Shown piece by piece: positions 1 to 10,089 of a DNA stretch of 64,000 bases; position 1 is the stretch's first letter, and each line of letters opens with the position of its first letter. Source of the DNA: Candidatus Bipolaricaulota bacterium (GTDB lineage: Bacteria; Bipolaricaulota; Bipolaricaulia; UBA7950; UBA9294); the NCBI GenBank assembly GCA_027007005.1, contig JALTFO010000065.1:1438-65437 (forward strand). The letters run 5' to 3'. The position numbers were made by a program, and so were the translations under genes. A model generated the notes under the pieces. The model saw nothing but the letters and a program-made list of their open reading frames with translations. It did no database searches and had not been told where the DNA came from.

Positions 1-173
1 GCGAGGGCAACACCATCAAGAGAGCAGCACTTTGTCGTTCCAGCGTAATCTGGCGAGCCAGCGTACGACCAGAACCAGAACGTTATCCCCTCAACATCAT
101 GCCCCTGGTCGATGAGCAACTTAGCGGCGACGGTGCTGTCTACCCCTCCGCTCATGCTCACGAGAACGCGCAA
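1..173 (-). CDS. mnmA: tRNA 2-thiouridylase MnmA, N-terminal part (the gene continues beyond the window start)
   Basis: The reverse-strand translation reads (TTG)RVLVSMSGGVDSTVAAKLLIDQGHDVEGITFWFW...TKCCSLDGVALA. It carries the PP-loop SGGVDS motif and the CCS motif typical of MnmA. The TTG start at 171-173 lies 1 nt after the upstream stop. Confidence 0.8.
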   Translation of the reverse strand, partial: MRVLVSMSGGVDSTVAAKLLIDQGHDVEGITFWFWSYAGSPDYAGTTKCCSLDGVAL

Positions 174-174
174 T

Positions 175-528
175 TTACCCTTCTTCGACCTTAGGGATAA
201 TGCAAAGGAATTCAAACGGCTCCTTGCCACCATTTAGAAACTGATGCTCTTCGTTTGGCGGGACGAAGACGAAATCACCGATGCTGACCTGTTTTTCTCC
301 GTCGATCCCTTTGACGATCCCCTTTCCTGCAAGAATGAACACTTCATGCTCCCACGGATGCTTGTGATACGGGCTAAATCCGCCTTCCACGAGCGTAAAC
401 TGACGCATGATGAATGTAGGCGCACCTTGATCGGGACCGATCAAGACACGCTTCTTGGCATTGACGACCGTCTTCCCATCGCTAATGTCCACCGGGGGAA
501 CGGCGTGTGATTTTCCAACTACGATCAT
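175..528 (-). CDS. cupin domain protein
   Basis: The cupin motifs HKHPWEHEVFILAGKG and GDFVFVPPNEEH are present. I chose the internal ATG (MIVVGKSH) because the longer ORF would overlap the upstream gene. Confidence 0.8.
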   Translation of the reverse strand: MIVVGKSHAVPPVDISDGKTVVNAKKRVLIGPDQGAPTFIMRQFTLVEGGFSPYHKHPWEHEVFILAGKGIVKGIDGEKQVSIGDFVFVPPNEEHQFLNGGKEPFEFLCIIPKVEEG

Positions 529-541
529 GTAATCACTCTCC

Positions 542-1795
542 TTACAGTGTGCTAAGAACAAAAGGCACAAGCATCTCATCCGGTGTAAGGCCAGCGTGCA
601 TCCCATGCAGCTTCTTGCTGTCCTTGTACGGATAGTATAGAGTTTTTCGCCCGACGGAGGCGATAATCAAGTCACCGATGCGATCACGTGACTTTAGGAG
701 CGCGTCTCTAATTCCGAACAAGCCTGCGTCGAGCGCCTGTTGCGCATCTAGGCAGACAATATCATTAGTGAAGGTCTCAGCGATGAACTGAGCAACCTCC
801 TCTTTCTTTCCGTTGCGCACAAAGAGGTATGCAGCACGCGTATCTCCAACTGGCGGAAAAGCGAGATTGTTGTACAGAGCAGGATATTTGCTAATATCGA
901 TGTAATCTTCATTATCCATCGGGACAAACCCATGGTCGGCGCTGATGAGAAGGAGCGTATCATCAACGCGGCCCGAAAGCTCTCGTTCTAACGCTGTGTC
1001 GATCGAGCGCAGCTCGGCGGTGAACGCATCCGTCCAAGGCCCGTGTACGTGCGCGATGGAATCGGTATCGCCCCAGTACAGGCTAACAAATGTCTTGCCT
1101 GGCTCTTGATGCAGAATGTCTCGCGTGCAAACGAGCATGTCTGATAGATTTACGCCCGCATGCATCTTCGCTGTGCCGTCATAGAGAAGGCGCGACAGGC
1201 CACTCGACGTAATCTCTTTAGGCATAATCACATGCGATTGAACATCGAGCGCGCGCAACTGCTCAAGTAAAGTGGGAGAGGCAAGGAACGTCCTCTCGTC
1301 GATCCCTGCCGCAAGCGCTGCATCGGCCGCATCGTTTCCCAAGAGCGACAAGTTGATCATGTTTGTAATCGCCGATGTCTCCCTAAGGTAGAGGCGATAG
1401 CCCAAGATGCCGTGCTCCTGAGGCGTGAGCCCAGTGCTGAGAGAGGCGAGCGCAGTGGCAGTCGTTGCGGGGAAGACCGAAGTAAGCGGAATCATGCTCC
1501 CTCGATCGATCAGCTGGTTTAGAAACATACCTGGAAACTGCGACAGCAAGCGAGTCAGATGCATGTACCCCATCCCATCTAGGATGAGCAAGATAACCCT
1601 TTGCGGCTTATCAGATGGCAAGAACGACGACAGGGCATCCTCACGTTCGGCCTGGCCGCCAAAGAGCTCGCGGATAAAGGAAGGAATGCTGTCGATGGAG
1701 TACGCGCCGTAGTCGGGAGCAATAAGGCCTTCCGGCAAGAGCCCACGGAGGTGATTTGAAAGAAGTTTCGCTTCAAGAGTCTTTTGTGTAATCAT
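542..1795 (-). CDS. alkaline-phosphatase-superfamily phosphodiesterase / nucleotide pyrophosphatase-like protein
   Basis: Motifs seen are LILDGMGY, FPATTATALASLSTGLTPQEHGILGY and SADHGF. The start is uncertain (ATG at 1795 or TTG at 1804). Confidence 0.7.
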   Translation of the reverse strand: MITQKTLEAKLLSNHLRGLLPEGLIAPDYGAYSIDSIPSFIRELFGGQAEREDALSSFLPSDKPQRVILLILDGMGYMHLTRLLSQFPGMFLNQLIDRGSMIPLTSVFPATTATALASLSTGLTPQEHGILGYRLYLRETSAITNMINLSLLGNDAADAALAAGIDERTFLASPTLLEQLRALDVQSHVIMPKEITSSGLSRLLYDGTAKMHAGVNLSDMLVCTRDILHQEPGKTFVSLYWGDTDSIAHVHGPWTDAFTAELRSIDTALERELSGRVDDTLLLISADHGFVPMDNEDYIDISKYPALYNNLAFPPVGDTRAAYLFVRNGKKEEVAQFIAETFTNDIVCLDAQQALDAGLFGIRDALLKSRDRIGDLIIASVGRKTLYYPYKDSKKLHGMHAGLTPDEMLVPFVLSTL

Positions 1796-1942
1796 GGTCC
1801 GCAATTGTAATCGCTTGAGCAGAAAATGGAAACAAACGTCATCTCGTGTGGCGTTGGAGCCCCTATCTGCATCCCAAATGGACAGCCTCCAACGTTGCTC
1901 TGTGTAAGGCTGATCCGTGCCTCAACGTGACAAACAAGCTTG

Positions 1943-2590
1943 CTACGAAAAGGCAACGAGGAACTCGGGAAGCTCTTCCAGGCTCTGAATGTCGCAGTCA
2001 TCGCCGTCCCGAGAGATGCTGATCGGTGTGAGACCTGCTGCGCGCGCTGCCTCCATATCCTCTGGCCTGTCTCCCACATAATAACCGCGCGTCGCGCCAA
2101 GCTGCTTCATCATTGCAAGAAGCATGTGCGGGGAGGGCTTGGCGAATTTCAATGACGGTAGCGTATCGCCCCGGCCGAACCACACCCTAAACACGCGCTG
2201 CAGTGAGAAGTGCTCTATGATGCGGTCAACAACCGCTTGAGGAGAGTTGGACGCAAGGCCCAACAAGTACTGCTTACTTAGTTTGTCAAGAACTCTAACA
2301 TCAGGAAAGAGCTTAATCTCACCACGTTCCAGTGCAGCAAGCTTGTAAGCAATGTAATTTTCGTCGCGCCGTTGCCACAACAGATCCGGATCATCGATTG
2401 CAAACTTATCACAAACGCTAACAGCGTTGTCGCGCATGCTGGTGATGTACAGAGCGTGAATGTTCTCCTTAGTTGGGGCGATGCCGAAATCAGCAAGCGT
2501 GCGGACAAACGAGTCGTGAAACCAGGTATCGCTGGGGCGATCCGAGTCGAGGATCACCCCATCCATGTCAAAGCCAATGAGTTCGCTCAC
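1943..2590 (-). CDS. HAD-superfamily hydrolase
   Basis: HAD motif I (FDMDGVILDS) and motif IV (YVGDRPEDMEAA) are present. The GTG start at 2590 overlaps the upstream stop (GTGA). Confidence 0.75.
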   Translation of the reverse strand: MSELIGFDMDGVILDSDRPSDTWFHDSFVRTLADFGIAPTKENIHALYITSMRDNAVSVCDKFAIDDPDLLWQRRDENYIAYKLAALERGEIKLFPDVRVLDKLSKQYLLGLASNSPQAVVDRIIEHFSLQRVFRVWFGRGDTLPSLKFAKPSPHMLLAMMKQLGATRGYYVGDRPEDMEAARAAGLTPISISRDGDDCDIQSLEELPEFLVAFS

Positions 2591-3738
2591 GCAGGTGTCA
2601 CCGTACGCTCTATTCTTAGCCCGTGTTCCAGCAAGCCACTGAGGAATGGCTGCGTCGGAACACACTTTTCTTGAGGGATCGCTCCCCGCGCAGTGATCTC
2701 CCCGTTTGCGATCATGAACGCGACCTGTGCGATAGGAAAGCCTGTTGTGCGCATCATCGCCGAGAGACCCGTTGATTCATCGTAATTATCGATCATCTCA
2801 TAGCGGATCTCTCGTCGCTCTCCGCCGATCGTCCCACGGGCGTTCACCCGCAGCAGAATGACGTCTGGCTCGTCAAAGGAAAGATGCTCACGCAGAAGGT
2901 GCACGGCGACTTCACGTGGTATGACATCGACGCCATCGATCTCCTGCGGATCGTTATCGAAGAAACCAAGGTCGGCCATCGCCTTCACTTTGTCCAGATG
3001 GCCCGGGTAGCGGATTGTCTTGTACTCGAGGTTACTCACGCGACCGTGCAGCGTCTGAGGCAGAGTCGAGCTGCCGCCAGAGGTGTGAAACGCCTCCAGC
3101 TGTTCGTAGGGATGCGAGAAGGAGAGTTCCTCGCGTTCAGTGAGGGATGGCACGGTGACGATCTCCCCATCGCGCAGAACAGTTGATGGCTCCATATACT
3201 CGTTAATCAGGCCATGCGGGGAGAAGACAATCTGGTAGCCAAGCGGCGGTCGCGGGTGTTGTGGCAGGCCGCCAACACGGATGGAAACACTCTCCGCTGT
3301 ATCGAGGTCCTCCACCGCAGCGGCCGCAAGGATGTTCACCAGCCCGGGGGCGAGGCCGCAGTCGGGGATGATCGTCACTCCTGCCTCTTTAGCTCGCGCA
3401 TCGAGCGCAAGTTCGCCGGCGACAATTGTGTTATTTCCTCCGAGATCACAGAAGGAGACACCACTCTCCACCGCTGCTTCTGCCAGATTGAGGTTGAAAA
3501 AATACGGTACGGCGCTGATAGCGACGCTGCATCCGTCCATTGCCTCACGCACCGCGCGCGCAGCACTCACATCAAGCTTGCGCGGGACGATTCGCGTGTC
3601 ACGTAGGCGCTCGGCTATTTTTTCAGCTCGGGAAAGATCCCGATCAGCAACTATGATCTCATCTACCTCATCACGCGAAGATAGGTTGTAGGCAATTGCC
3701 TGCCCCTGCATCCCCGCACCTATAAGAATGATCTTCAC
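2587..3738 (-). CDS. saccharopine dehydrogenase family oxidoreductase (NAD(P)-binding)
   Basis: The N-terminus has a Rossmann motif (MKIILIGAGMQGQAIA) and the length and layout fit the saccharopine/homospermidine dehydrogenase-like family. GGAGGAGG lies 7 nt upstream of the GTG start. Confidence 0.75.
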   Translation of the reverse strand: MKIILIGAGMQGQAIAYNLSSRDEVDEIIVADRDLSRAEKIAERLRDTRIVPRKLDVSAARAVREAMDGCSVAISAVPYFFNLNLAEAAVESGVSFCDLGGNNTIVAGELALDARAKEAGVTIIPDCGLAPGLVNILAAAAVEDLDTAESVSIRVGGLPQHPRPPLGYQIVFSPHGLINEYMEPSTVLRDGEIVTVPSLTEREELSFSHPYEQLEAFHTSGGSSTLPQTLHGRVSNLEYKTIRYPGHLDKVKAMADLGFFDNDPQEIDGVDVIPREVAVHLLREHLSFDEPDVILLRVNARGTIGGERREIRYEMIDNYDESTGLSAMMRTTGFPIAQVAFMIANGEITARGAIPQEKCVPTQPFLSGLLEHGLRIERTVTPA

Positions 3739-4433
3739 TTTGATTCCTCCTCCATCATGTGAATGAACTGGTCGCGCATCTCTTGTGGCCAGTCATCGGT
3801 ATTCCAGAAGACTTCGCTTGCGGAAGCGTCCTCCTGATCCGATTTACTTTCAACAATCGCATCGCGGGTTGCGACTGCAAACGTGAATGATCCTGTTCCG
3901 TCAAGCCGCATCGTATGCGGGTCATCCGGCTTCACGAACCCACCCGACGCCGTCCCAGACACATTCCCGCGCATGCGCAGGCTCTGATCAGGAAGTGTTA
4001 CAACAACGTACAAGCTCCCCTTCGCACTTCCGGCAGTATCCGAGGAGAGATCGATGTCGTCGGTGGACAGATTGATCGCTCCGTGCAGGACAATCGCCTC
4101 ACCCGAGGCCTCACCCGAGGGTTCACCTGACGCCAGCGTCCCCCGAGCCGTGAACGTCGCCCATCCGCTACCGATTAAGGTCTCGCTGTTGCCGCGTGCC
4201 TTGCCGTTCAGCGTTCCCTGGGCATTGAAGGCCTTTACTGTATCACCAATTGCAAGACTCCCCTTAAGATTGATCGTTCCGCTCACTTGAGCGGTAACGT
4301 CTGTGCCGGAGAACCATAGCACGGCTGATGCGGAGAAGTCTCCGCTTCCGGTCAGATTCGCGTTTGGATCAGCATAGGCAACGATTTCAGCAATAGCAAC
4401 AAATAGCAGGATGATGAACAGCGCACGCTTCAC
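3735..4433 (-). CDS. secreted hypothetical protein (Gly/Ser/Thr-rich)
   Basis: The ORF is uninterrupted. A GGAG-preceded GTG start gives a signal-peptide-like N-terminus (KRALFIILLFVAIAEIVAYA). I recognise no family. The stop overlaps the next gene's start. Confidence 0.5.
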   Translation of the reverse strand: MKRALFIILLFVAIAEIVAYADPNANLTGSGDFSASAVLWFSGTDVTAQVSGTINLKGSLAIGDTVKAFNAQGTLNGKARGNSETLIGSGWATFTARGTLASGEPSGEASGEAIVLHGAINLSTDDIDLSSDTAGSAKGSLYVVVTLPDQSLRMRGNVSGTASGGFVKPDDPHTMRLDGTGSFTFAVATRDAIVESKSDQEDASASEVFWNTDDWPQEMRDQFIHMMEEESK

Positions 4434-4586
4434 GATCACTCCTTTCTCGCTTGTGTAGGTGAAGATAGTATACACAGAATGGATAGCGCTGTAATCTCGG
4501 CATCAAAGCTTTGTATAGCTATTCCTCAGCGCTTGCTAGGAGCGCAGCAAGTTGGTATCTTCGGTCAATATCACAAGGGAGGAATC

Positions 4587-5423
4587 ATGGAAGAGCGTGT
4601 CACAATCATCGGGGGAGGAAATCTGGGAACGGCTATCGCTCGTGGCTTGGTTGCTTCGGGAAAAATTAACGCAGGCATGATCACCGTTACGCGCCGTTCG
4701 GTTCATCTACTGGATGGTCTCAAAGCGGAAGGGTTCAACGTCGATCGGGACAACGTCTCAGCAGTGAGAGCAGCGCACGTCGTCTTAGTGACCGTCCGGC
4801 CCAGTCAATTAAATGCTGTTCTACGCGAGATCGCCCCCGCCATAGTGGAGGGAGAGCATCTGCTGATCTCCACGGTCTCCAACGCCTCAATCTCTGAGAT
4901 AAGACGTCAACTGAAGAAGGAGATTCCTGTTCTGCGCGCGATGCCGAATATCGCTGTCTCAGTCGGGGAATCGATGACCACCTTGTGCGCAGATGAGTCG
5001 GTAAGTTCGAAGGCAAGAGAAGAAGCACGCCGGATCTTCGCCACGTTGGGAGAGACGATGTTCATTACCGAAGAACAGATGACGCCGGCAACTGCGCTGT
5101 GTGCGTGTGGGGTTGCCTTCTTCTTGCGGGCGATCCGCGCTGCAGCGCAGGGAGGGGTTGAGGTAGGCTTCCACGCCGGAGAGGCAATTCGCCTCGCCGC
5201 TCAGACAGCGCGTGGTGCGGCAACACTCTTGCTTGAGAGTGACGAGCACCCGGAAACGCAGATTGATAAGGTGACAACCCCGATGGGAGTTACAATATCC
5301 GGCTTGAACGAGATGGAGCACCACGGATTCAGCTCGGCGATGATTCGGGGGATTGTTACCTCGGCTGAGAAGGCGACCAAGCTGTACCAAAAGCAGGAAA
5401 ACAGTCATGGAGAAGACCAGTAA
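4587..5423 (+). CDS. proC: pyrroline-5-carboxylate reductase
   Basis: The N-terminus reads IIGGGNLGTAIARGL and the conserved C-terminal segment TTPMGVTISGL is present. GGGAGG lies upstream of the ATG at 4587. Confidence 0.9.
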   Translation: MEERVTIIGGGNLGTAIARGLVASGKINAGMITVTRRSVHLLDGLKAEGFNVDRDNVSAVRAAHVVLVTVRPSQLNAVLREIAPAIVEGEHLLISTVSNASISEIRRQLKKEIPVLRAMPNIAVSVGESMTTLCADESVSSKAREEARRIFATLGETMFITEEQMTPATALCACGVAFFLRAIRAAAQGGVEVGFHAGEAIRLAAQTARGAATLLLESDEHPETQIDKVTTPMGVTISGLNEMEHHGFSSAMIRGIVTSAEKATKLYQKQENSHGEDQ

Positions 5424-5958
5424 ACAACGCATCAAGACGACTGATCTCGTCGTGCTCCTTGGGGACATCACAACTCAGGATACGGACGCGATTGTAAACG
5501 CTGCCAATTCCGGGCTGCGCGGAGGAGGTGGCGTCGATGGCGCAATCCATCGCGCCGCCGGTGCGGTGATCGATCGCCAGTGTCGGGCCTACGTTAAAGA
5601 ACACGGATCACTCCCTCCTGGAAAAGCGATGTGGACTGATGGAGGGAACCTTAAGACAAAGTATGTCATCCACACCGTTGGCCCGATCTACCATAGCGAC
5701 GAGGAATCTGCTCCAATACTGAAGAGTGCGTACCAAGAGTCCCTGCGCCTTGCCGATGAGCTCGGAGCAAAGAGCATTTCCTTTCCGGCAATAAGCGCCG
5801 GTGTGTATGGCTATCCACTTGAGAAAGCAGCGCGGGTAGCCCTTGACGCGATTGCAGATTACCTGCGCCAAACTGAGTCTTCCCTCAGCCTGGTGCAGAT
5901 GGTCTGCTTCAACGAGGCCTCCTACACCGCGTTTCATCGTGCCCTTGCGAGCATATGA
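5407..5958 (+). CDS. macro domain protein (O-acetyl-ADP-ribose deacetylase-like)
   Basis: Motifs DAIVNAANSGLRGGGGVDGAIHRAAG and ISFPAISAGVYGYP are present. The start overlaps the proC 3' end. Confidence 0.85.
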   Translation: MEKTSKQRIKTTDLVVLLGDITTQDTDAIVNAANSGLRGGGGVDGAIHRAAGAVIDRQCRAYVKEHGSLPPGKAMWTDGGNLKTKYVIHTVGPIYHSDEESAPILKSAYQESLRLADELGAKSISFPAISAGVYGYPLEKAARVALDAIADYLRQTESSLSLVQMVCFNEASYTAFHRALASI

Positions 5959-6129
5959 GGCAGGAATTCTCTGGCAAAGCCACAAAAGCTTAGGGGATGT
6001 GAGCGCGTGTATAGAGCAGTTCTTTGGGGTTTTGGCCTGCTTGAGCAAGCGACATGAGGCTCATCCTAGTCCCAAGTAAGTCAATCGCTAGCTTGTTATA
6101 GACGCACGCTGCGGGTATCCTTCTTTCTG

Positions 6130-6290
6130 TCGGTTCTCCGACCCGTCTGTCCTACGGATTCTTCTATGGAAGGCGGGCGATAGGGTGTAATTGGAAACGG
6201 TTGCGCCTTCCGCGGTTGAAAAGGGGATCGGGCAGGTCTTTAGTCCGCTTTGCCTGTGGAAGGTGTACTCTCTCTTTGAAAAGGAGGTAT
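6130..6290 (+). promoter_or_regulatory. candidate Moco (molybdenum cofactor) riboswitch-like leader
   Basis: A structured leader of about 160 nt sits directly upstream of wtpA-moa. UCUCCGACC (6135-6143) resembles the conserved CCUCCGAGCC element and can pair with the SD sequence AAGGAGG (6281-6287). Internal hairpins are GUCGG/CCGAC and GGAAGGCG/CGCCUUCC. The match was judged by eye only. Confidence 0.35.
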
Positions 6291-6293
6291 TAC

Positions 6294-7253
6294 ATGTTAA
6301 ACAGGCGCACAATGTTAGGCACAATCACTTTCTTGACCTTACTTTCTTTGGTCTCTCTTCTGGGGTTTTCCGAGAATCTAATTGTTTTTCACGCTGGGAG
6401 CCTCACCGTTCCGATGTTAAAGCTTGCAGAGGGTTTTGAGGCGACCCATCCTGGTGTAACAGTCGCCGCCGAAGCCTCAGGGAGCAATATTGCTGCACGT
6501 AAGATTAGCGAACTTCACCGAGACGCGGACGTGATGATGTCGGCTGACTATCGGGTGATCGATCAACTGCTGATTCCGGACTACGCCACGTGGAACATCC
6601 AGTTTGCCCGCAACACAATGGTTATTGCCTACACGGATCGCTCCAAATATGCAGATGAGATTACCTCCGAAAACTGGTTCCAGGTTCTACTGCGCCCGGG
6701 GGTGGCTTTCGGTCATTCCGATCCTGATCTCGACCCATGCGGCTACCGCACGCTTATGGTTTGGCAGCTGGCGGAAACTTACTACAAGGTGCCAGGCTTG
6801 ACAAATAAACTGTCTGATGCCTGCCCTCTCGAGAATGTCCGACCCAAGGCGGTTGAGCTTCTCGCGCTGTTGCAATCGGGGGATATGGATTACGCCTTTG
6901 AATATCGCTCGGTCGCCGTACAACACGGCCTCAAGTTCATCGAACTGTCAGACGAGATCAACCTGAGTCGGACCAAGTACGCCAACTTTTACGCGCAAGC
7001 GAAGGTGCAGATAGCTGGTAAGAAACCAGGGGAGACGATGACTGTACTCGGAGCGCCAATCGTCTATGGGGTGACAATCCCGACCAACGCTCCCCATCAG
7101 CAGCTAGCAATCGAATTTGTGCACTTCCTGCTCGGCCCAGAGGGGCAGAAAATCATGAGCGAAGCTGGCCAGCCCCCGATCGTGCCAGCAGTCGTGGTGA
7201 GCGGATGGAAGTACCTGCCGACACAACTGACCGCCCTCGTCACTGAAAAGTGA
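6294..7253 (+). CDS. wtpA: tungstate/molybdate ABC transporter substrate-binding protein, WtpA type
   Basis: The sequence is strongly collinear with what I remember of archaeal WtpA (VFHAGSL...GS..AARKI.EL...ADV..SADY...DP..DPCGYR..M..QLAE.YY). It has a signal-anchor N-terminus, and AAGGAGG lies upstream. Confidence 0.85.
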   Translation: MLNRRTMLGTITFLTLLSLVSLLGFSENLIVFHAGSLTVPMLKLAEGFEATHPGVTVAAEASGSNIAARKISELHRDADVMMSADYRVIDQLLIPDYATWNIQFARNTMVIAYTDRSKYADEITSENWFQVLLRPGVAFGHSDPDLDPCGYRTLMVWQLAETYYKVPGLTNKLSDACPLENVRPKAVELLALLQSGDMDYAFEYRSVAVQHGLKFIELSDEINLSRTKYANFYAQAKVQIAGKKPGETMTVLGAPIVYGVTIPTNAPHQQLAIEFVHFLLGPEGQKIMSEAGQPPIVPAVVVSGWKYLPTQLTALVTEK

Positions 7254-7267
7254 GCTTAAACTAGAAA

Positions 7268-8050
7268 ATGCGAACACTATCCAAGAACTGGATGAAGATC
7301 TCTTTCCTGGTCCTGGGGGGGATGCTGATCCTGTTTGTTGTCTGGCCTCTCCTGCAGACGGTCCTCTCATCGAACCCTCAGATCCTGTGGCAGACGCTCC
7401 TCGATAAGGAGGTCCTCTCCTCAATTGCGATCACATTCTATTCCTCACTGATCGCTACAGGCATTGCCTTCCTCACGGGGGTGCCACTGGCCTATCTTCT
7501 TGCCAGATCTACGTTTCCTGGCAAGCGCCTGATCGAGGGGATCATCGATCTGCCGATCGTTGTTCCCCACTCTGCTGTGGGGATCGCTCTCCTCATGCTA
7601 TTCGGGAGGCAAGGCGTTCTCGGACGTGCGTTTGCCCCGTTGGGAATAAGGTTCATCTCCGCTGTTCCCGGGATCGTTATTGCCATGCTATTTGTCAGCA
7701 TGTCGTTTCTGGTGAATGCAGCGCACGATGGATTTGCCTCGGTCGATCCACGCATGGAGAAGGTGGCGCGTACCCTTGGAGCGAGCCAGTGGAAGACGCT
7801 ATGGCGTGTCTCATTTCCCCTTGCTTGGCGGAGCATTCTCTCCGGGATGATCCTGATGTGGGCGCGGGGATTAAGTGAGTTTGGCGCGGTGATCATCCTC
7901 TCCTATCACCCAACGGTCGCCCCTGTCCTTCTGTACACGCGCTTTGAGTCCTATGGCCTCGACTATGCGCGACCGCTAGCTACGATCCTTATCCTCTCTT
8001 GCCTGGTCATCTTCGTCAGCCTGCGCATGGTTGCGGGGAGGCGCAGATGA
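7268..8050 (+). CDS. wtpB: tungstate/molybdate ABC transporter permease
   Basis: This is a multi-pass membrane protein with an ABC permease EAA-type loop (ARTLGASQWKTLWRVSFPLA). Confidence 0.85.
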   Translation: MRTLSKNWMKISFLVLGGMLILFVVWPLLQTVLSSNPQILWQTLLDKEVLSSIAITFYSSLIATGIAFLTGVPLAYLLARSTFPGKRLIEGIIDLPIVVPHSAVGIALLMLFGRQGVLGRAFAPLGIRFISAVPGIVIAMLFVSMSFLVNAAHDGFASVDPRMEKVARTLGASQWKTLWRVSFPLAWRSILSGMILMWARGLSEFGAVIILSYHPTVAPVLLYTRFESYGLDYARPLATILILSCLVIFVSLRMVAGRRR

Positions 8051-9096
8051 ACTACCTTGCTATAAATTCTCTGCAGACCAGCGTTGGCGGCTTCCAGCTT
8101 CGAGATTTCTCCCTCGCTGCAAACAGAGGCGAGTACACGATCATCCTTGGCCCAACTGGGGCGGGAAAGACGGTTCTGCTGGAGACGATCGCTGGGCTAC
8201 ACGCTGTGCTCTCGGGGAGTATCCTGCTCGATGGTGAAGAGATTACTCATGTTCCGCCGGAACGAAGGCGGATTGGGTTTGTCTACCAGGACTACATGCT
8301 CTTTCCGCACCTTAATGTCGAAAGGAATCTGGCCTTTGGCCTACGCGCGCAGGGCATCGGTCGCCGCATAGCTGCAACCAGAAGCGCAGAGGTAGCGAGA
8401 CTCCTCGGAATCGAGCACCTTCTTTCCCGCATGCCGACTGGCCTGAGCGGCGGGGAGAAACAACGCGTTGCGCTGGCAAGAGCACTTGTCATCAAGCCGC
8501 GTTTGCTCTTGCTGGACGAACCGCTCTCCGCGCTTGATCCGCAGCGACGTGAGTCGCTGCAGGAGGAGTTACTGCTTGTGCATGAACGCCTTGCGACAAC
8601 AACGCTTCACGTGACACACGACTTCGAGGAGGCTATCTCACTCGGGGACCGAGTGGCGGTGATCAATGCAGGCAAGATTGAACAAGTGGGCACAATCGAC
8701 GACATCTTTCGTCACCCCGTCTCGCAGTTCGTTGCCCGCTTCGTCGGGGCGCGGAACTTGTTTGATGGAGTAGTCGAGCACAAGGAGGAGGGAACCTTCC
8801 TGTCACACTCTGACATGAAGATCGCAGTTGTGACCGATCGCAGCGGGCCAGCGCACATCTCGATCCGCCCGGAGGACATCCTCATCTCGCGCGGAGAGCT
8901 GAGTTCGAGCGCACGCAATTCCTACAGGGGAAAGATCACACAGATCGTCGACCGTGGATCTCTGATCTACGTTACGGTCTGTGTGCCACTCCCGTTTGTT
9001 GTTATCATCACCAGAAGATCGCTCACTGAGATGGCACTTGAGATTGGAATGGAAGTATACATTGCGTTCAAGGCCTCTGCAGTGCATCTTTTCTAG
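8047..9096 (+). CDS. wtpC: tungstate/molybdate ABC transporter ATP-binding protein with a C-terminal TOBE-like domain
   Basis: Walker A (GPTGAGKT), the ABC signature (LSGGEKQRVALARAL) and Walker B (LLLDEPLSALD) are present. The ATG overlaps the wtpB stop (ATGA). Confidence 0.85.
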   Translation: MNYLAINSLQTSVGGFQLRDFSLAANRGEYTIILGPTGAGKTVLLETIAGLHAVLSGSILLDGEEITHVPPERRRIGFVYQDYMLFPHLNVERNLAFGLRAQGIGRRIAATRSAEVARLLGIEHLLSRMPTGLSGGEKQRVALARALVIKPRLLLLDEPLSALDPQRRESLQEELLLVHERLATTTLHVTHDFEEAISLGDRVAVINAGKIEQVGTIDDIFRHPVSQFVARFVGARNLFDGVVEHKEEGTFLSHSDMKIAVVTDRSGPAHISIRPEDILISRGELSSSARNSYRGKITQIVDRGSLIYVTVCVPLPFVVIITRRSLTEMALEIGMEVYIAFKASAVHLF

Positions 9097-9104
9097 GAGC
9101 TAGA

Positions 9105-10088
9105 ATGACTGAAAATATCGATAGATTCGGCCGCAAGATCACGTACCTGCGCATCTCGGTGACCGACCGCTGCAATTTTCGCTGCATCTACTGCATGCCC
9201 GCCTCCGGGGTGAGATGGCGGCCGCACTCGGAGATCCTGCGCTACGAGGAGATCATCCGCGTTGTACGCGCCGCGGCCACGTTGGGAATCAAAAAGGTCC
9301 GCCTCACAGGCGGGGAACCGCTCGTGCGGGAGGGGATCATCGATCTCGTAGGAGACCTGTCTAACATTGCGGGAATCGATGAGATCACGCTGACCACGAA
9401 CGGGTCGCTCCTGCGCCGCTACGCAAGGGAACTTGCCCATGCCGGCCTCAAACGCGTGAACATCAGCCTGGACACACTGCGTCCGGATCGCTTCAGGCGT
9501 ATCACGCGCCGAGGAAGCCTAGAGGACACACTTACTGGGATCCACGCTGCACAGGAAGCGGGCCTTGTTCCGATCAAGCTGAACGCGGTCGTGATGCGCG
9601 GGATAAACGACGATGAGGTGCCAGATCTAGCTGAGCTGGCAAGAGATGGATTTCAGGTGCGGTTTATCGAGTGGATGCCGATCGGGAAGTCAAACGAAGA
9701 CTTCGCCTCTCGCTTTGTGGCAGCAGATGAGGTTCGCAGCCGCATCGAGGAGGCGCTGGGGCCACTTGAGCCATTGCGGGAAGAAGGACCGGCCCGCGTC
9801 TACCGCCTTCCTGGGGTCAGCGGTGAGGATGGACAGATCGGTTTCATCTCGACTTTCAGCAGCCCGTTCTGCGCTACCTGCAACCGGATACGCTTGACAG
9901 CCGATGGGAAGCTTCGCCCCTGCCTCCTCTCCCCAATTGAGATTGATGTCAAGAAACCGCTGCGCAGTGGAGCAAGCGATGAAGAGATCGTGGCCCTCAT
10001 CGCTTCGAGCATTGAAAGGAAGCCCCTTTCTCACGGAGTGGCAAATGATGCTCCGCGCGATCGGCAGATGTCGCAGATTGGAGGTTGA
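9105..10088 (+). CDS. moaA: GTP 3',8-cyclase (radical SAM)
   Basis: The radical-SAM cluster motif [10 protein letters not shown] is present, with a second cluster motif [19 protein letters not shown] and a C-terminal GG. Confidence 0.95.
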   Translation: MTENIDRFGRKITYLRISVTDRCNFRCIYCMPASGVRWRPHSEILRYEEIIRVVRAAATLGIKKVRLTGGEPLVREGIIDLVGDLSNIAGIDEITLTTNGSLLRRYARELAHAGLKRVNISLDTLRPDRFRRITRRGSLEDTLTGIHAAQEAGLVPIKLNAVVMRGINDDEVPDLAELARDGFQVRFIEWMPIGKSNEDFASRFVAADEVRSRIEEALGPLEPLREEGPARVYRLPGVSGEDGQIGFISTFSSPFCATCNRIRLTADGKLRPCLLSPIEIDVKKPLRSGASDEEIVALIASSIERKPLSHGVANDAPRDRQMSQIGG

Positions 10089-10089
10089 G

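Noticed and set aside
4085-4135. A short repeat encoding SGEPSGEASGEA in the secreted hypothetical protein.
   Set aside because: This is a low-complexity coding repeat of a few codons, with no independent feature.
9904-10089. Long 5' extensions of ORFs in the six-frame track (for example moaC from 9904, moaD from 10373, moaE from 10800, moaB from 12445, proC from 4479, wtpA from 6201, the response regulator from 52609 and endoQ from 59047).
   Set aside because: The extensions overlap the preceding gene in another frame and lack homology-like sequence. Internal ATG or GTG codons with GGAGG-type SDs coincide with the expected family N-termini.
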